Position numbers and translations under genes: made by a program. Below are positions 15,321 through 23,973 of a stretch of DNA of 64,000 nt, piece by piece. Positions within the stretch are counted from its first letter, which is position 1. Each line of letters starts with the position of its first letter. This DNA comes from a virus, in the IMG/VR virus record IMGVR_UViG_3300027973_000048, positions 10,067 through 74,066 of that record. One strand, written 5' to 3'. The notes beneath the pieces are model-generated. The model saw only the letters and a program-made list of their open reading frames with translations. It was not told the DNA's origin and ran no database searches.

Positions 15321-16200
15321 TCTTATCATAGGCATGGGCATTGGAGAACTGTACCGATCTGTGCTAGAACAACTGGATCATAGTATCGTAACTGTGGATA
15401 GTGATGCCAATAAACATGCCGACTACACCACAGTAGAACAAGCTCTAGATGACTATGAACAGTTTGATACTGTGCATATTTGTACGCCCAATTATACTCA
15501 CGAAGCTATTGCATACCTAGTAGCACCAAAAGCTAAGATAGTTTTTATAGAAAAACCAGGACTAATCACAGCAGATGCTTGGGACAAACTACTAGACACC
15601 AATCCCAACACAAGAATCATGATGGTGAAAAACAATCAATATCGTGATGAGATTGAAGAATTGCAAACTCTTGCTGCTGCCAGTGTAATTGTCAATGTTA
15701 ATTGGATTAATCATGATCGTGTACCTAATCCAGGAACTTGGTTTACTAACAAAGAATTGGCTTTTGGCGGAGTTAGTCGTGATCTTATGCCACATTTACT
15801 CAGCTTATGGATCGCTTTAGATTATAACTATGACGAGGCAGATCGTGTACGCAAGGATGTTAGACAACGCTGGCAACTAACTGATATTACTAACACAAAC
15901 TATGGAGCTGTCAACAAAGAAGGAGTGTATAATGTAGACGACTATTGTAGATTAGGCTTCTTTGGTGAAGAAACTATGTGGACATTCACAGCAGATTGGC
16001 GCAGTCTAAACGGAGATGACATACAAATTGAATTTGTACTGGATGGAGATAAGAAAATATCCAAACCATTAGGTCTTTGCCCCGAAAGTGCCTACAAAAA
16101 GATGATTGAAACTGCAATTGCTAACATTGACGACAATGTATTTTGGAATGACCAACATTACCAAGATCAATGGATCCATAAAAAAATCGAGAAACTATGA
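15307..16200 (+). CDS. Gfo/Idh/MocA-family NAD(P) oxidoreductase
   Basis: IIGMGIG Rossmann motif, ICTPNYTH, FIEKP and GGVSRDLMPH; GAGGAG RBS before 15307. Confidence 0.88.
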   Translation: MKPLSLIIGMGIGELYRSVLEQLDHSIVTVDSDANKHADYTTVEQALDDYEQFDTVHICTPNYTHEAIAYLVAPKAKIVFIEKPGLITADAWDKLLDTNPNTRIMMVKNNQYRDEIEELQTLAAASVIVNVNWINHDRVPNPGTWFTNKELAFGGVSRDLMPHLLSLWIALDYNYDEADRVRKDVRQRWQLTDITNTNYGAVNKEGVYNVDDYCRLGFFGEETMWTFTADWRSLNGDDIQIEFVLDGDKKISKPLGLCPESAYKKMIETAIANIDDNVFWNDQHYQDQWIHKKIEKL

Positions 16201-17099
16201 ATAGAATACTTGTAACTACAGGACAGGGCGAATTTGTGGAAAGCGAATATGCTTGCCCAAAACTTGACGCCAACGAAATCGAAGTCAAAAGCATTATGAC
16301 CGGCGTTTGCCGCAGTGACATTGACATGATGCAAGGAAACTTTGGGCCACTACCTTTGAATATGCAAGGACACGAAGGTTTAGGCAAGGTCACAAAGGTT
16401 GGTACAGCAATTTTTGATGTAAGAGTTGGGGATTTGGTGGCTACTAGAGGTGAGCCTGCTTACGCTGATCAATATACAGTACGCCAATATGAATATGTAA
16501 ATGTTCCAGAGGCACATCCACGATATATTATTGAACCTGTGGCCTGTGGTGTTAACATTGTTAGCCAAGCACTATCAGAATTGCGATGGCGTCAAGGTGC
16601 AAATAGTAAATTATTAATACTGGGCAGCGGATTCCTAGCTTGGGTTGCTTATCATACTATTACAAATCACTATCACTTAAGATTTGACATTGATGTCATA
16701 GGCAATTCCAATCAAGACTTGTGGGGTGATCGACTAATACCAAACACCGATAAACAATACGACGTCATAATTGATTTGAGCAGCAAAGGTGATGTATTTG
16801 ATAAGGATTTATACAAAGATTGTGCCTTGATCATTATGGCAGCTGCCAAAACACAACCAGTTAGTACTACTTTTGATAAAATGCTTTGGAAAGCTGTCAC
16901 TATGGTATTTCCTAGTCCACGCAATTCCAAATTTCATCAATGTATGAGAGATGCTGTTTGGATGATTGAAAATGGCAAACTTGATGTTGACAAGTTCTGG
17001 ACAAGAAGCTATAATCGTAACACGGAATGGCAACAAGCATTTAAAGACGGTGCAGATCGTCCAGCAAATTACAGCAGAGGTTATATAGAATGGCAATAG
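16197..17099 (+). CDS. Zn-dependent (MDR) alcohol/sugar dehydrogenase
   Basis: GVCRSD, GHEGLG, IEPVAC and ILGSGFL; lacks the structural-Zn Cys loop. Confidence 0.88.
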   Translation: MNRILVTTGQGEFVESEYACPKLDANEIEVKSIMTGVCRSDIDMMQGNFGPLPLNMQGHEGLGKVTKVGTAIFDVRVGDLVATRGEPAYADQYTVRQYEYVNVPEAHPRYIIEPVACGVNIVSQALSELRWRQGANSKLLILGSGFLAWVAYHTITNHYHLRFDIDVIGNSNQDLWGDRLIPNTDKQYDVIIDLSSKGDVFDKDLYKDCALIIMAAAKTQPVSTTFDKMLWKAVTMVFPSPRNSKFHQCMRDAVWMIENGKLDVDKFWTRSYNRNTEWQQAFKDGADRPANYSRGYIEWQ

Positions 17100-17593
17100 A
17101 TACAGAAGGTAGACAAAACGTAGACTACTTTATTGGCGTGGAAGTAGAACATACTCCAATGAAAGGTGAACGCACATTGTTCGTAGTTGGTGTTAAACCC
17201 GTAGAAGAAATTGTACTAAAGATCAATAATCTTCGTCATATCTATCTTGGCACTAGTCAAAGTTTTAATCCACAAACTTACGAAGATTGGAAGTCGTGGG
17301 ATCATATGATCAAGAGCTTGTTAGAACTGGGCTATTGGGTGACCTTAGACTTTGATGCCAGCTATGCTCGTGACTTTCACGAAGAAGGCTGGAGTGAGAA
17401 CGATCATTTCATTCCCATGATCAGTGTGAAACTGCCATACATTGGCTTGTTTAATTACAACACTACTGTTAAAATTGATGACACAACTTGGGGTGATACT
17501 AATCCCGGTGTGTGGACTCACAGTCTACATTCACTGATGGATCGTAGTAACTTTACCAGCTGGGACAAATACACAGAGGATACACCAATATGA
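17090..17593 (+). CDS. Hypothetical protein within dpdA operon
   Basis: 167 aa globular ORF overlapping both neighbours. Confidence 0.7.
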   Translation: MAIDTEGRQNVDYFIGVEVEHTPMKGERTLFVVGVKPVEEIVLKINNLRHIYLGTSQSFNPQTYEDWKSWDHMIKSLLELGYWVTLDFDASYARDFHEEGWSENDHFIPMISVKLPYIGLFNYNTTVKIDDTTWGDTNPGVWTHSLHSLMDRSNFTSWDKYTEDTPI

Positions 17594-18147
17594 GTAAACC
17601 AAAAATTTGTAAAATAAAAAAAAGCTTAATTGGTACTAAGGTACCACACCGAGAATCTGGACGCACTGGTCAATTCATTGAAGATGCCCATGCAAAATTA
17701 GGGATGCCAGTCCAACCAAATGAAGGTCCTGATTATCCAGAGTTTGATTTAGAAATGAAGTCCAAATCAAAAGAATCTAAGTCAGCTTATAGTATTGGCA
17801 CTATGAGTAGATACAATATTGTAAATACGCCATATAGCCAATCGACTATAAAACGAAAGCTTCAACAACACTATCATGTTTATCATAAAGATGAAACTAT
17901 CACAGATCAAATCACATATGATTTTAGGGCAGATGATATCCAAGAAGAATTAGAACGAGCCTACGAAACTGCAAGACAAAAAATTATTAATGGGGATTCT
18001 GGCTACGTTTCTGGAACAATGTTTGGATACTTTGAAGAAAGATCTGATAGTCCTGACAATTATCAATTTAGGATTAGTGTAAAAGGAATGGAAGCACTTA
18101 AAAATTTAGAAAATCCAAAATTTAGAGAGTTTTTTGAATTCATATGA
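17590..18147 (+). CDS. PD-(D/E)XK nuclease, MutH/Sau3AI/MvaI-like
   Basis: GQFIED..LGM....GPDYPEFDLEMKSK catalytic signature. Confidence 0.6.
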   Translation: MSKPKICKIKKSLIGTKVPHRESGRTGQFIEDAHAKLGMPVQPNEGPDYPEFDLEMKSKSKESKSAYSIGTMSRYNIVNTPYSQSTIKRKLQQHYHVYHKDETITDQITYDFRADDIQEELERAYETARQKIINGDSGYVSGTMFGYFEERSDSPDNYQFRISVKGMEALKNLENPKFREFFEFI

Positions 18148-18533
18148 TTATTAAACAAGACGTTCGACCCAATAAAATGATTTGGGTGACCTTCCGTAAA
18201 GAAGGCATCCATTGTTATCCGGCAGCCGCCACAGATCCCACACTGGCCACAGGTGATGAATATGATGTATCGTTTCTTGCTAACCCTCACCGTCATATAT
18301 TTCATTTTTGTGTTTGGCTTTCAGTTACCCACAATGATCGTGACGTTGAATTTATCCAATTCAAACGCTGGCTCGAAAACCTATTTGCCCAAGGGACTAT
18401 GACCCTTGACTACAAGAGTTGTGAAATGATGTCAGATGAACTTTATGACATCATTCACACAAAGTATCCTGACCGTGAAGTCTGGATTGAAGTCTCCGAA
18501 GACGGAGAGAATGGTTCGTTTATTAAATATTAA
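18144..18533 (+). CDS. QueD/T-fold protein with LxxxHRHxF motif (DpdL-like)
   Basis: EGIHCY, LANPHRHIF, SCEMM and VSEDGENG T-fold features; lacks the canonical QueD CxxxHGH. Confidence 0.7.
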   Translation: MIIKQDVRPNKMIWVTFRKEGIHCYPAAATDPTLATGDEYDVSFLANPHRHIFHFCVWLSVTHNDRDVEFIQFKRWLENLFAQGTMTLDYKSCEMMSDELYDIIHTKYPDREVWIEVSEDGENGSFIKY

Positions 18534-18555
18534 CCCTTAATTTTTAGGAAAGAAA

Positions 18556-18801
18556 ATGGCACAACCCGCATGGCTTAACAAGTATCTTACTTTTAAACCC
18601 GAAGTACACAAAATCTTCGATGATCTTGAAGCCTATCACGACTGGTGCAGGTTTGAATTGGCACCTTTTAACGAAGCTGATCTTTACAAAAAGAACAGTC
18701 CAGTATATAGTGCTTACATGAACAGTAAACGACCACGCAAGCCTTATCAAGGTAAAAATGCTGGACAAGGACGTAAGCGTGAGCAAAATATTCCTAGTTG
18801 A
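18556..18801 (+). CDS. Hypothetical protein
   Basis: 81 aa; AGGAAAG RBS. Confidence 0.7.
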   Translation: MAQPAWLNKYLTFKPEVHKIFDDLEAYHDWCRFELAPFNEADLYKKNSPVYSAYMNSKRPRKPYQGKNAGQGRKREQNIPS

Positions 18802-19879
18802 TCTCGAAGCCGTAGAGACCAGGTACACCGGGCAGTGGAAAATCCACTTGCCCGAAACTCTTAGGAAACTCGGACATGAAGTTGAAATTATTAGCGGGCC
18901 TAGCGATATCCCTAGTGCTACTACTCCCGGTGCTTTTCTTAACTTTGGTGGTACAAACATTTATAAGTCTGCCCAAGTTGAAAAAATGGGTCGTCTATTT
19001 TGCGCCGGAGCAGTTAAGCCTGGTGATCATTTTCTGTTTACAGATGCTTGGCACCCTGGAATCATCAATCTCAAATACATGTCTGAACTGCTTGGTGTGC
19101 CGGTAAAGACTCATGGTCTTTGGCACGCCGGCAGTTATGATCCCCAAGACTTCCTAGGCAGACTGATTGGTCCCCAATCTTGGGTAGTCTGTGCTGAGAT
19201 GAGCTACTTCTATGCTTTTGACCATAATTACTTTGCCACTGAATTCCACGTCGAGCTATTCATGCAAGAATTACTCAATGGTGGGTTCAAAGGTGAAAAT
19301 CCCTATTGGGAAGAGGATTGGGCTAATAGATACGACAGTGGCAAAATTGTAAAGACTGGTTGGCCTATGGAATATATGCAAAAAATCCTAAAAGGTTATC
19401 GTAGTCTTCCCAAAAGAGATCTTATTCTATTCCCACATCGCATTGCTCCAGAAAAACAAGTAGATATTTTTAGAGACTTGGCCAAGCAATTACCACAGTA
19501 TGACTTTGTTGTTTGCCAAGATCATCAATTGAGTAAACATGAATATCATACCTTGTTAGCTGAGGCTAAGATGGTATTCAGTGCTAACTTACAAGAAACA
19601 TTAGGTATTAGTTGCTATGAAGGTTCGGTATTAAATGCAATTCCCATGGTACCTAATCGTCTAAGCTACAAGGAAATGTACTACGACGAATTTAAATATC
19701 CTACAGAATTTACTGAAAGTTTTGAATCCTACAAGCAATTTAAACATTTTTTGATTGAAGACATCGTAAATCATATGGAAAATTATGAAAGTAAAATAGC
19801 ATTAGTAAGAAAACAAGAAAAGGATTTACATGAGCGATTTTTCTCCGCAACAGAATTATACAGTAACTTGGGACGGTGA
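18779..19879 (+). CDS. GT-B glycosyltransferase (GT4-like)
   Basis: FPHRIAPEKQ, QETLGISCYEG and PNRLSYKEM; start is GTG 18779 or ATG 18758. Confidence 0.82.
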   Translation: MSKIFLVDLEAVETRYTGQWKIHLPETLRKLGHEVEIISGPSDIPSATTPGAFLNFGGTNIYKSAQVEKMGRLFCAGAVKPGDHFLFTDAWHPGIINLKYMSELLGVPVKTHGLWHAGSYDPQDFLGRLIGPQSWVVCAEMSYFYAFDHNYFATEFHVELFMQELLNGGFKGENPYWEEDWANRYDSGKIVKTGWPMEYMQKILKGYRSLPKRDLILFPHRIAPEKQVDIFRDLAKQLPQYDFVVCQDHQLSKHEYHTLLAEAKMVFSANLQETLGISCYEGSVLNAIPMVPNRLSYKEMYYDEFKYPTEFTESFESYKQFKHFLIEDIVNHMENYESKIALVRKQEKDLHERFFSATELYSNLGR

Positions 19880-20327
19880 TGTCCCCAGTCTAACCTCCAA
19901 AGATATACAGACATTAACTACTTTTGACATTAGTACTTTAAGCAGTCTTGTCACTGACGATACAATAACCTTTCGAGATTACCAAAGTAATCACACTGCT
20001 GGATATAATTATGGCAGCTTTGGCAGTACCATGGCTGGTAATGCTTATACAACTGCCAGTGGGTTAACCTATATTAATACTATTAGCCCAAGCTCTATCA
20101 CTCTCAATACTAGTTCAATTAGCGCTATTGGTACTATGGATATTTCAACACTGCTCAATACTAGCTGGAGTTTGAATCAGGTCGAATGGGTTGATACTTG
20201 GCCCGATTTCAATAAAGTAAAAAATATGCGTGTCAAATATCCAGCTCTAGACAAAGCTATGGAAAAAGTTGTTTCCATTTACAATATGGTTAAAGATGAT
20301 TATGATAGCCCAGTACCTAAAAAATAA
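19830..20327 (+). CDS. Hypothetical Ser/Thr-rich protein
   Basis: Low-complexity N-terminal part; C-terminal KYPALDKAMEK helix. Confidence 0.65.
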   Translation: MSDFSPQQNYTVTWDGDVPSLTSKDIQTLTTFDISTLSSLVTDDTITFRDYQSNHTAGYNYGSFGSTMAGNAYTTASGLTYINTISPSSITLNTSSISAIGTMDISTLLNTSWSLNQVEWVDTWPDFNKVKNMRVKYPALDKAMEKVVSIYNMVKDDYDSPVPKK

Positions 20328-20778
20328 ATTCTTCGAAAAATTAGAAAAGTTAGGTCGTAAGAGAATTATTCTAGACCGAGCCAGTAAAGAACCATACTTG
20401 GAAAGATACTACGTCTTTCTAAAAGATCGTACTTGGTTCCCATTTAATGTGTTCATTCATAAATTTCTTAAGAGTGATCCAGATGATGTACACGATCATC
20501 CTTGGCCCTACGCTACACTAATCCTTAAAGGAGGCTACAATGAATGGGTTCCAACTTTTGACAAAGATGGTAAAAAGATTGGGGAAGTTTGTCACTGGCG
20601 TGGTCCTGGCCATTTTAGGTTTAGTAGTGCTAATAGCTATCACCGTATTGAAATGGTTGAAGGGGTAGCTGCTTGGACAATGTTTATGCCTGGCCCACAA
20701 AAGAGAGAATGGGGATTTTTGGTTAAAGATAAATGGATTCAAAATGAGCAATACTTCGAACTACGCAAATCAAGCTAG
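20296..20778 (+). CDS. Cupin-fold metalloprotein
   Basis: HDHPW ... YHRI metal-binding pattern; start uncertain (20269-20302). Confidence 0.7.
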   Translation: MIMIAQYLKNKFFEKLEKLGRKRIILDRASKEPYLERYYVFLKDRTWFPFNVFIHKFLKSDPDDVHDHPWPYATLILKGGYNEWVPTFDKDGKKIGEVCHWRGPGHFRFSSANSYHRIEMVEGVAAWTMFMPGPQKREWGFLVKDKWIQNEQYFELRKSS

Positions 20779-21130
20779 CATTATGGGAGTTCCTACTATG
20801 GGAACTATTACCACCACTAATAATACTGGTGGAAATTTTTTAATTAGCAATCCACACGGACATGGAAACCGTTGGGGGAGCGCAATCGGCCAGAGTGAAG
20901 CACTTCGAATCTATGATACCAATCCCCCTCAATTAGAAGTTAAAGGTAAGATGACGTTAAACGGACGTGACATGGAAGAACGGTTAGATGCAATTGAAAA
21001 AGTCTTGCTTATTCCTGAACGTGATGTTAAACTAGAACAGAAGCACCCCAAGCTGAAAAAACTCTACGACGAGTATATGGCAGCATTGGGCAAATATAGA
21101 ACATTCGAATCACTGAAAGGAGACGAATGA
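20744..21130 (+). CDS. Hypothetical protein
   Basis: Thr/Asn/Gly-rich N-terminal part; C-terminal KHPKLKKLYDEY helix. Confidence 0.65.
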   Translation: MSNTSNYANQASIMGVPTMGTITTTNNTGGNFLISNPHGHGNRWGSAIGQSEALRIYDTNPPQLEVKGKMTLNGRDMEERLDAIEKVLLIPERDVKLEQKHPKLKKLYDEYMAALGKYRTFESLKGDE

Positions 21131-21504
21131 TGTCAGATTTAACAAGGGCCTTAGATGATGGACGAGCTCCGTGGAAAGAAATTGAATACAGAACCAAAAA
21201 CTACTGGGTCTTCAAAGACGCTTACCCGGTATCGGAAGGACATTTGCTATTTGTGCCAACCGAAAAAAAACTTGAAAACTTGGTTGCGTGTTTCCAAGCA
21301 GCCTACAAGTTCGGCTACGACGGCATGGTCCAAGAAAAATGGCATGGCTTTAACGTCGGGCAAAACTGTGGCGAGGCTGCTGGCCAAACCGTAAGCTATC
21401 CCCACGTACATTTGATCCCACGTCGTACAGGTGATGTCAAAGATCCCAGCGGCGGTGTTAGACATGTCATACCAAAAAAAGCCAAATACAAACGTGAAAA
21501 ATGA
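21127..21504 (+). CDS. HIT-family nucleotide hydrolase
   Basis: DAYPVSEGHLLFVP and GQTVSYPHVHLIPR histidine-triad signature. Confidence 0.9.
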   Translation: MMSDLTRALDDGRAPWKEIEYRTKNYWVFKDAYPVSEGHLLFVPTEKKLENLVACFQAAYKFGYDGMVQEKWHGFNVGQNCGEAAGQTVSYPHVHLIPRRTGDVKDPSGGVRHVIPKKAKYKREK

Positions 21505-21691
21505 AGTAAAGATTGTTTGGGCTAATCAAGACAAATTTTGGTGGAATGAAGCCTGTGCCCAAGTACTTGAAAGATTTGGATTACCCGGTAAAAGATATAC
21601 AACTTCTGTGAACGAAAATAATCTAATCTTCAAGTTTCATTCTGATCATGATGCCACCATGTGTCGTCTGGTATTAAGCGAATACATATGA
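21494..21691 (+). CDS. Hypothetical protein
   Basis: In the operon; GTG start assumed. Confidence 0.55.
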   Translation: MKNEVKIVWANQDKFWWNEACAQVLERFGLPGKRYTTSVNENNLIFKFHSDHDATMCRLVLSEYI

Positions 21692-22179
21692 ATTTGATAG
21701 AATATAAAAATAAAAAGTACCCAGCATTCCAAGCTGAAGGAAATGCTAGCCAATTTGCCATACCTTTTGCTCTACACTTTTGCAAAGGAGATGGGTTTGA
21801 TGTTGGATGCAATAGAATTGAGTGGGCATTCCCTACTGCTCAACCAATTGACTTAAAAATTGACGACGAATGGAACGCCTTACATTTGCCAGATAGGCAA
21901 GTTGATTATATATTTTCTAGCCACTGTCTTGAACATTTACCCAATTGGGTTGATGCACTAGACTATTGGGGTTCCAAACTTAAAGTTAATGGTACGTTAT
22001 TTTTATACCTTCCAGACTATAGCCAAGAATATTGGCGACCTTGGAACAATAGACAACACATTCATGTATTAGACCCCGTCATAGTCAAAGACTACCTAAT
22101 AGATAGGAAATATACAAATATTTTTTATAGTGGTAGAGACTTAAATGACAGTTTCATGATTGTGGCTGAAAAATCTTGA
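21688..22179 (+). CDS. Class I SAM-dependent methyltransferase
   Basis: FDVGC, DYIFSSHCLEH and LKVNGTLFLYLP. Confidence 0.85.
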   Translation: MNLIEYKNKKYPAFQAEGNASQFAIPFALHFCKGDGFDVGCNRIEWAFPTAQPIDLKIDDEWNALHLPDRQVDYIFSSHCLEHLPNWVDALDYWGSKLKVNGTLFLYLPDYSQEYWRPWNNRQHIHVLDPVIVKDYLIDRKYTNIFYSGRDLNDSFMIVAEKS

Positions 22180-22204
22180 CACTTGCCTAAATAACCTATA
22201 TAAT
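22176..22204 (+). promoter_or_regulatory. Consensus sigma70 promoter with nested late TAAATA
   Basis: TTGACA-17-TATAAT; TAAATA at 22188-22193. Confidence 0.8.
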
Positions 22205-22224
22205 ATATCAAACAAGGAATTGGT

Positions 22225-22920
22225 ATGGCTGAAAAAAATCTAGCACAAGTATTGCGTGATCGTATGCGCCGAGAAGGTAAAAGGTTCTGGGCAGGCGATA
22301 ATATATCCGATTATGTGGAAGAACCTTTCAAAGATGAACTAATTAATGATGCAACCAAAGCATTTGAAAACGTGCTGGACGCATTACTGATTGATAGAGA
22401 AAATGATCCTAATAGTAAAGGAACTGCTCGTCGATTGGCCAAAATGTACTTTAACGAAATCATGGCAGGACGCTATGATCCCGCTCCCGACGCCACTAGC
22501 TTTCCTAACGAAGGCGAAGATGCCTATACTGGCATGTTGGTAGTACGCAGTGAACTTCGTAGTATGTGTAGCCATCATCATCAACCAGTTAATGGTGTTG
22601 CTTACATAGGAATTATACCAAATGGCAAAGTCATCGGATTATCAAAATACACAAGAATTGCTCAGTGGTGTGCCCGTAGAGGAACACTCCAAGAAGAACT
22701 GTGCAACGACATCGCTAAAGAAATTAGCCGCGCAACCAACAGCAAGAACGTTGGGGTCTATATCCAAGCCACACATGGTTGTTGTGAAAACCGCGGAATT
22801 ATGGCGCATTCCAGTCTCACACAAACCACAGTCTTAAAAGGTGCATTCAAAGACGATGTGGGTACTAAGAAGGAGTTTTTTGATAACATTAAACTCCAAC
22901 AAGATTTTGCACCAAGATAA
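22225..22920 (+). CDS. folE: GTP cyclohydrolase I
   Basis: SMCSHHHQP, IGLSKYTR, LQEEL and HGCCENRG motifs. Confidence 0.96.
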   Translation: MAEKNLAQVLRDRMRREGKRFWAGDNISDYVEEPFKDELINDATKAFENVLDALLIDRENDPNSKGTARRLAKMYFNEIMAGRYDPAPDATSFPNEGEDAYTGMLVVRSELRSMCSHHHQPVNGVAYIGIIPNGKVIGLSKYTRIAQWCARRGTLQEELCNDIAKEISRATNSKNVGVYIQATHGCCENRGIMAHSSLTQTTVLKGAFKDDVGTKKEFFDNIKLQQDFAPR

Positions 22921-22933
22921 CTAAGGAAATATT

Positions 22934-23089
22934 ATGGAAACTCAAAAGAAAGTTGGAACTTGTGGCTGCGGACGTAGCCCTACTGGTGATTGTATTGGCT
23001 GGCATGGTCTTACAGAAACTATGTATCAAACCAAATTAGCTGAATGGCAACATAAAGAACAAGTTAAACAAGAACAGACAAAATCATGA
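22934..23089 (+). CDS. Small CDGSH-like Fe-S/Zn protein (below ORF-track cutoff)
   Basis: 51 aa METQKKVGTCGCGRSPTGDCIGWHGLTE...; AAGGA RBS; ATGA overlap downstream. Confidence 0.7.
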   Translation: METQKKVGTCGCGRSPTGDCIGWHGLTETMYQTKLAEWQHKEQVKQEQTKS

Positions 23090-23376
23090 TAAACTGGCTT
23101 CGACTAAAAATTCTTCATTGGCTGGAGACCGATCCTGTAGTAGAGACAAAACTGGCTAGACAAACAATCGGTCGTGACATTGAGGATCGTAGCGTTAGTG
23201 ATGAACCTGTGATGAGGTTTAAAGTCTATACTGCTATTGGTGGAAGGATTGTAGAGTTTAGTCGCCATGATCGAAGAAATGATCGCCATGAGCATACTCT
23301 TTATATCATTAACAACGATGAAGATTTTGGACAACGCATTGCTAAAATTGCCACATTGGAGAACTTGAAAAATTGA
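23086..23376 (+). CDS. Hypothetical protein
   Basis: 96 aa, coupled to both neighbours. Confidence 0.65.
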   Translation: MINWLRLKILHWLETDPVVETKLARQTIGRDIEDRSVSDEPVMRFKVYTAIGGRIVEFSRHDRRNDRHEHTLYIINNDEDFGQRIAKIATLENLKN

Positions 23377-23714
23377 ATGCAGAAACGCCAGCTAAAGGTG
23401 TACTTCTAGTTAATGACTGGGGTTCTAATAAAATGTATAAAACTGTTTGTGAATGCGGCAGTGATGATTGTACTCATACAATTGACATTGAAGCAGAGGA
23501 AACAGAAGTAACCGTGACCATTTATACTAGAACTAAAACTAACTTTTGGTCTAAATCGCGCTGGTATCATATTTGGCAACTTTTAACTAAAGGTTATACC
23601 GATTATGAAACTTCCATCATTATGAGCAAACAGGTTGCTCTTAACTATGCATTTGTGTTACAATCAGCTGTTAAGGACATAGAGGAGTTTCAAAGTGAAA
23701 GACTCAATAAATGA
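23373..23714 (+). CDS. Hypothetical protein (CxC...CxH)
   Basis: 113 aa; TTG start after GGAG. Confidence 0.65.
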   Translation: MNAETPAKGVLLVNDWGSNKMYKTVCECGSDDCTHTIDIEAEETEVTVTIYTRTKTNFWSKSRWYHIWQLLTKGYTDYETSIIMSKQVALNYAFVLQSAVKDIEEFQSERLNK

Positions 23715-23973
23715 AGTAATGAGTATCCTCCAAGAGGAATGTGCAGAAGTTATTCAAGCTGTTAGCAAGATTAACCGATTTGGCATGGATAATAGCAAAC
23801 CTGGCGAAGTCAAAACTAATCGACAACACTTAGAAGAAGAACTAGGTGATTTAGCTGCTATGATTACTCTACTAGAAATGAACGGTGTAATTAGTCAATT
23901 TAATATTGAAAAAGCCAAACTGGCTAAATTTGACAAACTTAAAAAATGGTCTACCATATATGAGCAAGATTAA
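23695..23973 (+). CDS. MazG-like NTP pyrophosphohydrolase
   Basis: QEECAEVIQA ... LEEELGDL motifs. Confidence 0.85.
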   Translation: MKDSINEVMSILQEECAEVIQAVSKINRFGMDNSKPGEVKTNRQHLEEELGDLAAMITLLEMNGVISQFNIEKAKLAKFDKLKKWSTIYEQD

